Below are positions 1 to 10,910 of a stretch of DNA of 64,000 nt, one piece after another. The translations under genes and the position numbers were made by a program. The stretch is from the NCBI RefSeq assembly GCF_044704955.1, contig NC_091982.1, forward strand, positions 164,114,001 to 164,178,000, read 5' to 3'. Source of the DNA: Pristiophorus japonicus (taxonomy: Eukaryota). The notes beneath the pieces are model-generated. The model searched no databases. It saw nothing but the letters and a program-made list of their open reading frames with translations, and was not told the origin of the DNA. Numbering within the stretch: position 1 is the first letter of the stretch; every line of letters starts with the position of its first letter.

Positions 1-1802
1 TGTTGTTGTTATTATTATTGTTGTTACTGTTGTAACTGTTCTCAAATTAAAACATTTTTGTAAGTGATGTAAATTTACAAGTTTAAAAGTTAGTAATGAT
101 CTTAAAGTTTGTAAGTGATCTTAAAGTTTGTAAATGATCTTAAGTGAAAACTTTAAAGTTTGATGCCAGAATATTTTTTATTAAAGTTAAGTTAAGTACA
201 AATAAATGTTTGTTAAATGTTTGAATAAAATATATTTGAAATTATAACTGAATCATTTACATTATTCGTTCCATTATTAACACAACTTTTTGAAGTAAAC
301 AAGAATAATTTCCATCATTTGTTCCATTAACACAACACAATATTACAGAACAGGACCAAACATTAAACATGATCCATGTGGAATAGTTGCCGCTGAGCCT
401 TCAGGCAGCAAAGCGTTCACGGATGAGCTGCTGGTGCAAGGCTCGCGCAATCGTTAAAGGGGCATGATGTGCCGCGCTCCTCCGCCGTCGTGCGCCGTGT
501 TCAGGTAGTTGTATGGCTTCCTCATCCTCGTCCTCCTCCTCCTCCGCCTCCTCCTCATCTGCATCTTCCTCATCATCATCATCATCAACCACTCTCACCT
601 CAGGTGGGTCTTCTACTGTCAGCTGCTGCTGCTTCATGATGGTGAAGTTATGCAGCATGCAGCACACAACAGTGAACTGACCAACAATCCCAGGGGAGTA
701 TTGCAAGTAGCCTCCGGAATGGTCCAGGCATCAGAAACGCTGTTTCAAGGTGCCAATGGTCCTCTCTATTATGCTGCACGTCGCAATGTGTGACATGTTG
801 TATATCCCGGTCAGCTTCTGTCTGGGTTACGTATAGGGGCATCATGAGCCAGGTGACGAGGCCGTACACTTTGTCTCCCAGTAGATAGCTCTGCCCTTCT
901 GCTTGCTGCTGAAACATGGCAGATATAACGCTCTCGTGTAGAATGAACGCACCATGCATGCTCCTGTGGTAACTTGCATCAACTGTCATGATTAAATTGT
1001 ACCTTTACAAGAAGCTGAAAATGGCAGGCAGGCAGGACAAGGTTCATTGTTCTCTCTCCCAACAAGGTCTGTATGGACCGCATGCAGGTCTGAGTAGGCA
1101 CAGTGATCGAGAACCCTCCCAAACCCCCCCCCCTCCCCGCCCCCCCCCCCCCCCCCGGTTTCATTTGATGGGCAGTGCAGGCTTCTGATGCCTTCCGTAT
1201 GCCTTCCACAGCCCTCCAACCGCCTCCCCACCCCCCGCCCCCTCCCCTCCCCCGGACTTCTTTTGCAGCCGAGCCCCGAGCCCTAAGCCCCTGTGTGCGG
1301 GCGAGTATCAGATTCTGCTGGCTGACGCTCCAACCCTTGAGCCCTGTTTGCAGACGTTCGGTGATGGAGTGTCAGTTTAAAAAAAATGAAAACTTAAACA
1401 ATTCCATTAAACTTCCATTTCCTGTATTTTAAGGTAAAAAAATGTAAGCTTTATTATGCATGTTTAAGTGTTCTTCACTCCCTCAAAAACAATGGCATCT
1501 TTCTGTGCCAATTTTTGATGTGCGCTGGTTTTTCTTCAAATACCAAAAGGTTTTTCGGGAGTGGTCACATACGCCGACCTAGGAGAAATTTAAATTGGCC
1601 AAACTTACAACATTGAGAAAAACTGGTGCAGACATCAGGTTATGCCCCCTTTGACACAAAAAAAACTAACCTAAAAAAAATCGTAACTAACTGAGTTATG
1701 TTGGTGCACATTGATTGGGGAAACTTGTATTTTTTAACTTAGGTGAAGAAAAGCGCCGCGTGCCAAAAAAAACGGCGCAAATCACTGGGGACAATTGAGC
1801 CC
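1..1802 (-). mobile_element. PIF/Harbinger DNA transposon, internally deleted; other end outside the window
   Basis: Terminus reads GGGCTCAATTGTCCCC on the minus strand at 1802, similar to other GGGC-starting Harbinger ends here; contains a transposase remnant and AT-rich tandem units near 60-160. Confidence 0.7.
401..989 (-). pseudogene. Harbinger (HARBI1-like DDE) transposase, C-terminal part, frameshifted
   Basis: Motifs VDASYHRSMHGAFIL, LLGDKVYGL..WLMMP and VVCCMLHNF across two frames; acidic tail and the typical HQQLIRERF end. Confidence 0.85.
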
Positions 1803-2737
1803 AATGTCTGTTTATATTTCAGGTTTTCCGCTTTCATTGTTTTTCTTTCCATTGACGCTGTATAACTTATTTATTTTTTCCGCACGTGTCCCACAGCTAA
1901 TTGTGTAACTGGCCTTTACTGTGGCAACAAAACATGTCACTGCAACATGGAGGGGCAGATTTCCTCTGGTCACTGAGTGTTTGCAACAGTGTAATTAGGA
2001 CAGGAAGAGTTTCTCTGATTGTTATTTCTGCTCTTTATGATTTTGCTAGAAACTGTAAACATGAGGAACTATATATACTGTGCCATGACGCACAGTGACA
2101 AGAGGAAAGGCTTTTTGGCATCTTGCTGAGCACGATTCAGATCAATGCACCAAAAAAAGAAAATATTCGAAGATGTTTTAAAAACCATGTTCCATCCGGA
2201 CCCAGAACACCTCTCCCAAATATGCTTCCTTGATTTCACCGGAATTGTTGTTCTGATCTATTGAGAGGGGTTTAAAAAGTAAAAGATTGCAACTTGAAAC
2301 AATCCAAAGTTGATAACTGAGGATGTAAGATTAACCTAGAATTTACTTAGCATATTAAGAATATTTCTCTTATTAGCATCAAGGACAATTTATTTCCCCT
2401 TGATAAAGCACACACTCATTGGAACAAGGTTACAAATAAAATAATTTCACTCTGACAAGTGACTAATTGTATTTATATCTTCAGTGGGTGGCCCAGTGTT
2501 ATAACACATTCAGTATTGTGCACCACAGACTGAAGCCAAGGTTAGAATCTTTTCCCCCATGGTTTTTGAATGTCAGTTTCGCCTCACGACCACCTCCCCC
2601 CACCACCTCACCACCCCCATTTACAGGCATCACCCTACCAAAAGATAATCACTCGAACAACCCAGGGAGAAGTCAGAAAAACCTTTTTTTCCACATCGGG
2701 TTATTAGAACTTGGAATACTTGACCACAAATGGTTAT

Positions 2738-2995
2738 TGTCATGTATGTAACCCTCATGTAACTGTAATCTTCATAACAACACTGCATACTGTATACACC
2801 TAAGAAATGCACACCTTGACCACAGGGGGTGAACTTGTGAGAGACACTCCTCACCTGGTCATCCAGGTATATAAAGAGAGGTCCCACGCAGGGTCATGAC
2901 TTCTTGGTCCTGTGAATAAAGGTTCAGGTCACAGTGTGACCTTGTCTGCAGAATGTGCCTCGTGTGAATTTATGGTAGTGTGTAAGGACACTACA
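2738..2995 (+). mobile_element. Solo LTR of a Mag-type Gypsy family
   Basis: TGT...ACA ends; exact 5-bp TSD GTTAT (2733-2737 and 2996-3000); TATA and AATAAA inside; clearly similar to the reverse complement of the LTR at 43389-43635. Confidence 0.92.
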
Positions 2996-3074
2996 GTTAT
3001 TGAGGCAGAGACTATAACATTGTTTAAGATGGAACTAGATGAATAACTGAGCAGGAAGATTATGAAATGAGCTG

Positions 3075-3183
3075 GGAGAGAGCAGTGAAATTGGATTTGA
3101 GTAAGTAGCTTCAGATTAAAGTTAACTCCAGCCTCGGCACAGTGGGCCAAATGACCTCCTGCTGTGCAGTAATTTCTATGATT
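3075..3183 (+). repeat. Old CR1 3' tail
   Basis: GGCACAGTGGGCCAAATGACCTCCTGCTGTG followed by TTCTATG resembles other CR1 3' ends in the window. Confidence 0.5.
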
Positions 3184-3242
3184 AGTAATAGAAAAATGTT
3201 AAAAACAGTGAAATATATGAGAAATTAGATGCTATTTATTTA

Positions 3243-3400
3243 CAGAAAATACTGGAAAATGCTCAGCAGTTCAGGCAGCATCTGTGGGGAGAGAAACAGA
3301 GTTAATGTTTCCGGATGATGAACTTTCATTAGAACTGGAAGATGTTAGCGATTTAACAGATTTTAAGCAAGTACAGAGGCTGGGTAAATGGTGGTGGGAG
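3243..3400 (-). mobile_element. Penelope-like pLTR fragment
   Basis: ACAGAAAATACTGGAAAATGCTCAGCAGTTCAGGCAGCATCTGTG matches the terminus at about 55905-55945 next to a Penelope GIY-YIG remnant; a hammerhead-like core lies on the minus strand. Confidence 0.65.
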
Positions 3401-3407
3401 GGGGAAT

Positions 3408-3692
3408 AACATAAGAACATAAGAAATAGGAGCAGGAGTAGGCCACCTGGCCCCTCGAGCCTGCTCTGCCATTTAATAAGATCGTGGCTGATCTGATCAT
3501 GGACTCAGCTCCACTTCCCTGCACTCTCTCCATAACCCTTTATTCCCTTATCGCTCAAAAATCTGTCTATCTCCGCCTTAAATATATTCAATGACCCAGC
3601 CTCCACAGCTCTCTGGAGATTTACAACTCTCTGAGAGAAGAAATTCCTCTTCATCTCAGTTTTAAATGGGCATCCCTTTATTCTGAGACTAT
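3408..3692 (-). mobile_element. CR1 LINE 3' end
   Basis: ORF2 C-terminus HSLRIKGCPFKTEMKRNFFSQRVVNL...GIKGYGE; (AACATAAG)n tail. Confidence 0.9.
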
Positions 3693-4129
3693 GGGCTAGA
3701 GCCTCCACTTTTGTGCTTATCGCCCAAAAAATGGCATTATTTCCAGCGTGGGCAGTAAAAAAGGGTTTTCAGATTGCCGGCTTCTCGCCCATTCGCAAAC
3801 CACCTACCTTACATTTTTGAAAATGGACATCACCGCGAGCGATATCAAATGGGTGGTAGCGTTAAATTTTTTTGACCTCCTGCCATAAAGTGTGGCCGTC
3901 CTTAGCAACGGCATGGAACGCTCGATTCCCGTGATTCAGGAGGTCAAGGGTCACCATGACATGCGCAGAAGAGGAGACAGAGAGAGACGGAGCTGAGAGG
4001 GACTGAAGGCGTGGCTGGGTGTGGTGTGCCTGCTTTGGGAGGAAGAAGGGAGACTTTAGAGCTTCACAGCAAGTAGGCAAACAAAAATTAGCTGTTACCA
4101 GCCACATATTTGACTGAATTTGCCCTATA

Positions 4130-4452
4130 ATGGAGGGAGAGGAGGAGGCATCACAGCACGCTGTGAAGACTGATACTGGAGAGAGCAGTGAGGTGGGAGA
4201 TGAGCACATTGGAGGCCGCAAAAGAGCCAGGAGTTTCTTGGACGAGGCAAATGCCTCCCTCCTGCAGGAGATCAGGTTACGCTGGGGTGATTTGACACAG
4301 GGAGGGCGTGGGAAGCCCACCCCAAAGGCATACCAGAGGATATGGACCGAGATCCGAGATCCGAGATAGCAGTGGTGGTCTCATCGTCGACCAACAAGGT
4401 GTGTGTGAGGGCAACCAATGCCGCAAATGATAGAATGACCTTGTGGGATCCG
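4130..4452 (+). pseudogene. Harbinger Myb/SANT-like DNA-binding protein, first coding exon, frameshifted
   Basis: RKRARSFLDEANASLLQEIRLRWGDL...YQRIWTEI followed by an NQCRK-like segment; probable further exons after AG acceptors near 4720 and 5163. Confidence 0.75.
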
Positions 4453-5574
4453 CAAGAGTAAATATTACATTGATTTACATGTACATATGTATTTATATAA
4501 TTTGATTTGTAACAGTCATGAGTAACATCAGCAGATGTGAGGTCTTGCACTTTTACCGGGAATGTTTTACTCAAAGCCTGCGGTCACGGTGCACGTCCTT
4601 AAGTCAAGAATTATAGTCATCATAATAATGATGATTACATCTGTCGGTTATGTGTTGTATCAGTCTCTGTGACAGTACCTAGCAATGATCTCATGCCATG
4701 TTGTCCTGTCACCTTTTCCAGAAGAAATTATCGACGGTGAGGTCCGTGCAGAGGCGAACGGGTAAGGGGCCACCAGTCCCCAGTGACATCACTGAGATGG
4801 AGGAGCGAGTGCTCCACTCGTAGGGAAGCACCCCCAGCAGCCACGGACACATCTGCAGACCCTGAAGTGATGCCACGTGAGTAAAGCTTACACCATTGCG
4901 TAATGCAAAGTTAATAGATGCCACACCAACTCATATCCGAACAATCATAGATGATAGATGATTTCTAAAAGTGTCATAGAAATAATGATGGCCTAATGCA
5001 AATCATTGCAATGCATAATGTGTTGATGGTCATGAAATGTGATGTCTGCGATGATTTTGAGAGCAGTGGTGCTTTTGTCGTGCACATGCTGTGTGCAGCG
5101 CTGAACTCACCTTATGACCCTAGCACCCACTTCTCCTCTACTAACCTCATTTGTGTCTTGCAGCTCAGCCAGCAGCGTGGCCCCAGGCAAGGCCACAGAG
5201 GCCAGAAGGTGGTGGTGTGGGGCAGGAGTCAGCGGACAATCCTACTGCATCTGGTGCTGAGAAGCTCCAATTGTCGCCCGTCAATCCGCTGGGTCTGTTC
5301 TCAACGGATTAGAGCGCGGACTTCGAAGAACCTGCATTGCCACGCTCCAGAAGCCATTCCACCCCAAGTGGTCCTCCGGACATTCCAGCCTCCTGTACCT
5401 ACAACAAAAGCTGGTGGGGCCGCACCCGCAGGGAAATTCCGGGAAAGGGGCAATTTCCCGAGGGCGATTTCTTGCGAGGGTCCCCGCCGAGAGTCGGCGG
5501 ACATCCCGCGCTGCCCCGTGACCGCAGCTTTCAGGCAGCCAGAGGCCTGATGGGAAGGGGCAATTTCATCCCAA

Positions 5575-5670
5575 TAGTTGTTAAGCTCGATGTTAAGGAC
5601 GGAAAGCTGTAAAACTCGAAAGATGAGGTGCTGTTTTTCGAGCTTGCATTGAGCATCATCATTGATCAAG
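5575..5670 (-). mobile_element. Penelope-like fragment (end of GIY-YIG ORF)
   Basis: NDDAQCKLEKQHLIFRV...LNIELNNY; similar DNA at about 56645-56685. Confidence 0.65.
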
Positions 5671-6104
5671 CTTGGAGCATGCTACAGCAAGTCGGCAAAA
5701 AATAATATAAAGGCGTGGGGACCCTACCGATTTGTGTAAACAATGGGCCTAATGCCCGTTTCAGGCGGGTTCCCTGGATGTCGACAGGGCACTCTAACCA
5801 ATATGGTGTGTGCAGTGTACTTGCAGAGTGAACTGAGCATGTGCACGCTGCGCGCCAGATTGGCTTCTGCAGCCCCCATTACTCATCTAAAACGTGGGCG
5901 CTGCGCTATCAAATATCTAGGCCACTGACTCATGTTCTGGTTCCTCGGAGACTTCATCCACCCTTCATAAGTGAACCTTGGTGGCCAGTGTCGGTGAGCT
6001 ACTCACCCTGTGGATGATCACAGATTAGCCCTAAATAACCCCTCACCCAGTAATCACATGTCAACTTGCAGTGAGAGACAATTATTTAGTACAGACCATT
6101 ACAC

Positions 6105-6790
6105 ACAGGTCGGGGCCTTCACGCTGCTCCCGAGGCCGCTTGCCGCTCCTTGTATGGCCCCGACCTGCTGCTGGTGTTCTGTGGCAGGAGCTGCGTGGAG
6201 GCCCCGACCTGCGTGGGAACACCAGCGGCAGGTCGGAGCCATAAAAGGAGCGGCAAGCAGTCTCGGGAGCAGCGTGGAGGCATACTACTTCAGGGAACAG
6301 CGCGAGCTGGTGCAGGAGGGTGACGGCAGCGAAGAGTAACATCATCAAGGTCCAGGTCGGTGATTGGAGCATGGGCAGGTACAGCAGGAGCAGCGAAGTC
6401 GGGGCGAAAGAGTGGTGAGAGAATGTAGAGGGACGTGATCGGAGCCCAAGAGAGGTGTGAGTTCGGGGCCCAGAAGTGGCAAGGGCCCAGGGGCAGCATG
6501 GGCCAGCCCACACTGCGATATGTGCACGCACTAAGTCCATGCAGCAGAGCAAGTCTCCAGTCGTCTTAGATAACCCTTGCCACTGGATCAAGGCCGAGCT
6601 CTGTCCGTGTGGTGGCTGCTGTGCAACGGCCACCACACGTTAAAAAAATCCACGCACAGGCATCTTCCACCCTCCAGGATGTAGTTTAGGACCTGGAATA
6701 TTAGGTCCTTCATTAAAACACCTGTGAACTCATCCTTTTTTGGCATGGAAGCAAGTCATCCTCGTTTCGAGGGACTGCCTATGAAGATGA
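6105..6790 (+). mobile_element. Non-autonomous RTE-tailed retroposon (SINE-like), longest copy
   Basis: Homologous to 9602-9877 and 33305-33688; ends TGGAAGCAAGTCATCCTCG...GAGGGACTGCCTATGA like the RTE 3' ends near 44410-44450 and 54018-54068. Confidence 0.8.
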
Positions 6791-7404
6791 CAGACCATTA
6801 ACCTATTGGTAATTCTGAGGATAAATGTAGTGCTGGCACGATTTTCCCAGCTCAGATCAGCTAACGCATCACAGATTGGGGATGTGTCCTTCCTGGTTGC
6901 TGTGGCTTGTTCACAGACCAGCCTGGACTTTCCAATCAACAAGGTTTGAATGCTGGTGGTGATCCATTTAAAATAAACAGATTATCACCAAAAATAATGC
7001 TGCTTAGGAAATCAAGGCCATCCTGACAGGCATTTAGTCGTTGCTCTTAAGTGAGAGTCATGGGTATTCTCACTAAATAAAACGCCACCTTTTTTTTCCT
7101 TCAGTTTGTCAATTAAATTCCACTTTGTGCGTGGATAAGCATTTTACAGTGTTTTTTGTATATTATGCAAGACATGTAGTTTAAAAATGTGTGCTCAGCA
7201 ATTTCACTGCAAAATATCATTCCAATACAATGACTTTTCAGGGGAAATTGGACAAATATTTGAAGAGAGCCTGTAGCAGTGGGATTAGTTTTGGATTGCT
7301 CTAGCGAAGAGCTGGCACAGACATGATGGGCTGAATGACCTCCTCCTTTGCTGTAACCTTTTATGGTTTTACAGTTCTATGACTAAGAATCCTTTTCATG
7401 TGTC

Positions 7405-7712
7405 AGTATTGGCTCAGTGCCACTCTTACCTCTGACTCAGCAAGTCCTGGGTTTGAGCCCCACTCCAGAGACTTGAGTACATAATCTCGGCTGACACTCC
7501 AGTGCAACACCAAGGGGATGTTGCACTGTCGAAGGCGCCATCTTTCTGATGAGATGTTAAATTGAGGCTCCAGGTAGAGGTAAAAAATCTCATGGCAATA
7601 GTCAAAGAAGCTCAGGGGATGTTACCCAATATTCGGGCCAATATTTATTCCTCAGCCAATACACCAAAGCAGTTTGACTGGTCATTTTTCTCATTGCTAT
7701 TTGTGGGACCCA
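7405..7712 (+). mobile_element. tRNA-derived Deu-domain SINE
   Basis: A-box-like TGGCTCAGTG, B-box-like GGTTTGAGCCC, then GGCTGACACTCCAGTGCA...GATGAGATGTTAAA core. Confidence 0.7.
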
Positions 7713-7734
7713 CATTAAAGAAAGAATTAAGTGG

Positions 7735-8008
7735 TTTTGAAGTGTAGTCACTACTGTAATGTAGGAAACAAAGCAGCCCATTTGCGCACAGCAAGGTCCA
7801 ACAAATAACACTGAGAAAATGACCAGCTAATCTGATTTTGTGATGCTGGTTGAGGGATACATTTTGGCCTGGACACCTGGGAAAACTCCCTTGCTTTTCT
7901 TCAAATAGTGTCATGGGATCTGACAGGGCAGATGGGGTCTCAGTTTAACGTCCAAAATATGGCATCTCCCACAGTGCAGCACTCCCTCAGTACTGCACTG
8001 GAGTGTCA
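7735..8008 (-). mobile_element. Deu-domain SINE, inverted copy
   Basis: Reverse complement of the same core (TGCACTGGAGTGTCA; CTCAGTTTAACGTC; GCACAGCAAGGTCCAACAAA). Confidence 0.7.
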
Positions 8009-8295
8009 ACAAACATTATGGGGTGGAAATTCGATCGTGCCTTATTTAGGGTGGTGTCCCGGGCAGAGCGGTAAATTTTGCAGCGGCAAATGGTTTGCGT
8101 CTGTCGTTGCAAAATTCATCAGCTGGGCCCGGAGTTTAGTGCGGGGCGCTAAGGGAGGCGATGCACGCCTCTTTCAGAGCGCTAGGCCGGCTAAGCAAGT
8201 GAAAATCCTGAAGTAAGCAACCGGTCTCGGAGCGCCATAACTGAGGACTGGAGGTGGAAAAAAACGTGAAAAAAACACCAAAAACATTCTCAATA

Positions 8296-8844
8296 CAGGT
8301 GTAGTGTCGAGAATCCGGAACCCTCGGACCGAGGCCATTCCGGATTCCGGGCTTTTCCAGACTTTCGATCGTCTTTCTGATGTCACGAATCCGGAAACAC
8401 CCGAGCCCAGGTTCGGGTATTTCCGGATTTCGAAACGTCAGAAAGGGGGCTTGTCCCACCGCCGAGGAGGTGCTTAGGCGGGCCCCGCCGTGGAGGAGGT
8501 GTTTGGGCGGGTCCCGCCGAGGAGCTGTTCAGGCGGGCCCCGCCGTGGAGGAGGTGTTTGGGCGGGTCCCGCCGAGGAGCTGTTCAGGCGGGCCCCGCCG
8601 TGGAGGAGGTGTTCGGGTGGGCCTCGCCGAGGAGCAGCTGCTGGGGCCGGGCCGGCCGTGGAGCAGGTGTTTGGGCGGGCTGACGAGGAGACCCCGAGGT
8701 AAGGGCAGAGGCGGCGAGTGGGGTGAGGCGAGGGACGATGAGGCTAGGCCCAAGGTCAGGCAGTGGCGGGACCCCGAAGTCGGCAGGATCCGGATTCCAG
8801 AACATTCCAGATTCCGGAACTCCGGATTTTCAGCACTGCACCTG
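8296..8844. mobile_element. Tc1/mariner-pogo type MITE nested in the Harbinger element
   Basis: TA duplication on both sides; 24-bp TIR CAGGTGTAGTGTCGAGAATCCGGA versus CAGGTGCAGTGCTGAAAATCCGGA (20/24 match). Confidence 0.85.
8458..8680. repeat. GC-rich minisatellite, about 55-bp dimeric unit
   Basis: Repeats of GCCGAGGAGCTGTTCAGGCGGGCCCCGCCGTGGAGGAGGTGTTTGGGCGGGTCCC. Confidence 0.9.
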
Positions 8845-9244
8845 TACATAGCTCACGCCACCACAACAAAAATTGCAAAGAAAAACATTTTTTAAACAAT
8901 CACACTTACCTCACTGCAGCCACAACTGCTTTCACAGGCATTCTCACCAGAGAGCATTTCAGAGAGCTACGGGTCAGGCAGAAACCAAAAACTGAGCCGG
9001 TGTCACAACCAGGAGCGTTGCACACTGGCTTGCCTCTCCCTGGCGGTACTGCTCCGCCCCCCATCAATACCAGCACCGAATGTCCCGGCAGGGCGCTGGA
9101 AGCTGGCGGCCTGGGCACAACTGCTTTCCGCCGCCATTGCCGACTCTCCGGGGCGCTGCAGCAGAAGATCGAATTTCCACACAAATGTGTTCACGTTCTG
9201 GAGTACGCAATATTCTTAAAGTGCATTGAAATTTCTGCATTTTT

Positions 9245-10905
9245 AAACATTCCTTCATGGAATGTGGGCATCGCTGGCAAGGTCAGCATTTATTATCCAA
9301 ACCTAATTGCCCTTGAGAAAGTGGTGGTGATCTGCCTTCTTGAAATGCTATCTGGTGAAGGTACTCCCAAGGTGCTGTTAAGGAGGGCGTTTTAGGATTT
9401 TGAACCAGCGACTGTGAAGGAACGGTGATATATTTCCAAGTCAGGGTGGTGTGTGAGTTGGAGGGGATCTTGGAGGTGCTGGTGTTCCCCTGTTTCTGTT
9501 GCCCTTGTACTTCTAGATGGTTGAGGTCGCGGGTTTGGGAGGTGCTGTTGAAGAAACCTTGGCGAGTTACTGCAGTGGATCTTGTAGATGGTACACACTG
9601 CGGTATGTGTGTGCACTAGGTCCGTGCAGCAGAGCTTGGTCTCCAGTCGTCTTGGATTCCCTTGCCACTGGACTAAGACCTTGCTCTGCCAAGCCCGTGT
9701 GGTGGCTGGTGTGCAATGGCCACCCCACGTTAAAAGAATCCACGCACAGGTATCTTCCACCCTTCAGTATGTAGTACGGGACCTAGAATGTCAGGTCCCT
9801 CATTGAAACACCTGTGAACTCATCCCTTTTTGGTATGGAAGCGGGTCATCCTCGATACGAGGGACTGCCTAATACTATACACACTGCAGCCACATGCGCC
9901 AGTGGTGGAGAGACTCAATGTTTAAGGTGGTGGATGGTGTGCCAATCAAGCAGGCTGCTTTGTCCTGAATGGTGTCGAGCTTCTTGAGTGTTGTTGGAAC
10001 TAAACTCATCGAGGCAAGTGGAGAGTATTCCAACACACCCCTAATTGGCCTTGTAGATGGTGGAAAGGCTTTGGGAAGTTAGGAGGCGAGACACGCGCCG
10101 CAGAATACCCAGCATCTGACCTGTTTTGTAGCCACAGTATTTATGTGGCAGATCCAGTTACGTTTCTGGTCAATGGTGACCCCCCAGGATGTTGATTTTG
10201 GGATATTCAGCGATGGTAATCCCATTGAATGTCAAGGGGCAGTGGTTAGACTCTGTCTTATTGGAGATGGTCATTGCCTGGCACTTGTGTGGTGCAAATG
10301 TTACTTGCCACTTGTCAGCCCAAGCCTGAATGTGTCCATGTCTTGCTGTATGTGAGCATGGACTGCTTCATTGTCTGAGGAGTTGCGAATGGAACTGAAC
10401 ACCGTGCCGTCATCAGCAAATATCCTCACTTCTGACCTTATGATGGAGGGAAGGTCATTGATGAACCAGCTGAAGATGGTTGGGCCGAGAACACAGCCCT
10501 GAGGAACTCCTGCAGCAATGTCCTGGGGCTGTGATGATTGACCTCCAACCGCCATAACCAGCTTCCTTTGTGTCAGGTATGACGCCAGCCAGTGGAGAGT
10601 TCTCCCCCTGATTCCCATTGACTTCAATTTTACGAATGCTCCTTGATGCCACACTTGGTCAAATTCTGCCTTGATGTCAAGAGCAGTCACTCTCACCTCA
10701 CCTCTGGAATTCAGCTCTGTTGTCCATGTTTGGACCAAGGCTGTAATGAGGTCTGGAGCTGAGTGGTCCTGGCAGAACTCAAACTGAGCATCGGTGAGCA
10801 GGTTATTGATGAGTAAATGCCGCCTGATAGCACTGTGGATGAAACCTTCCATTACTTTGCTAATTATTAAGATTAGACAGATGAGACAGGAATTGGCTGG
10901 ATTGC
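9245..10905 (-). mobile_element. CR1/L2-group LINE, RT to 3' end
   Basis: RT motifs ALDIKAEFDQVWHQG, GVPQGCVLGP, IFADD; same family as 16000-17470. Confidence 0.9.
9602..9877 (+). mobile_element. 5'-truncated RTE-tailed retroposon
   Basis: 10-bp TSD TACACACTGC (9592-9601 and 9878-9887); interrupts the LINE. Confidence 0.88.
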
Positions 10906-10910
10906 ATTTC

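Larger units (their letters stand above)
3693..5923 (+). mobile_element. Harbinger derivative carrying the Myb/SANT gene remnant (composite)
   Basis: Ends GGGCTAGA...TCTAGGCC; internal exons for a Myb/SANT-like protein; an unrelated insert at about 5410-5670. No TSD found. Confidence 0.65.
8020..9183. mobile_element. Harbinger-type non-autonomous element
   Basis: Inverted ends GGGGTGGAAATTCGATC / GATCGAATTTCCACAC; CpG-rich interior with no credible ORF. Confidence 0.75.

Noticed and set aside
1898-2100. Possible upstream exon after a pyrimidine-rich acceptor (NCVTGLYCGNKTCHC)
   Set aside because: The frame closes without a convincing donor and cannot be linked to the other exons.
7405-7470. 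tRNA gene
   Set aside because: Degenerate A and B boxes run into a SINE body; no cloverleaf is evident.
8380-8895. Repetitive ORFs, or a CRISPR-like array
   Set aside because: Tandem minisatellite without unique spacers, in eukaryotic context with no cas genes.
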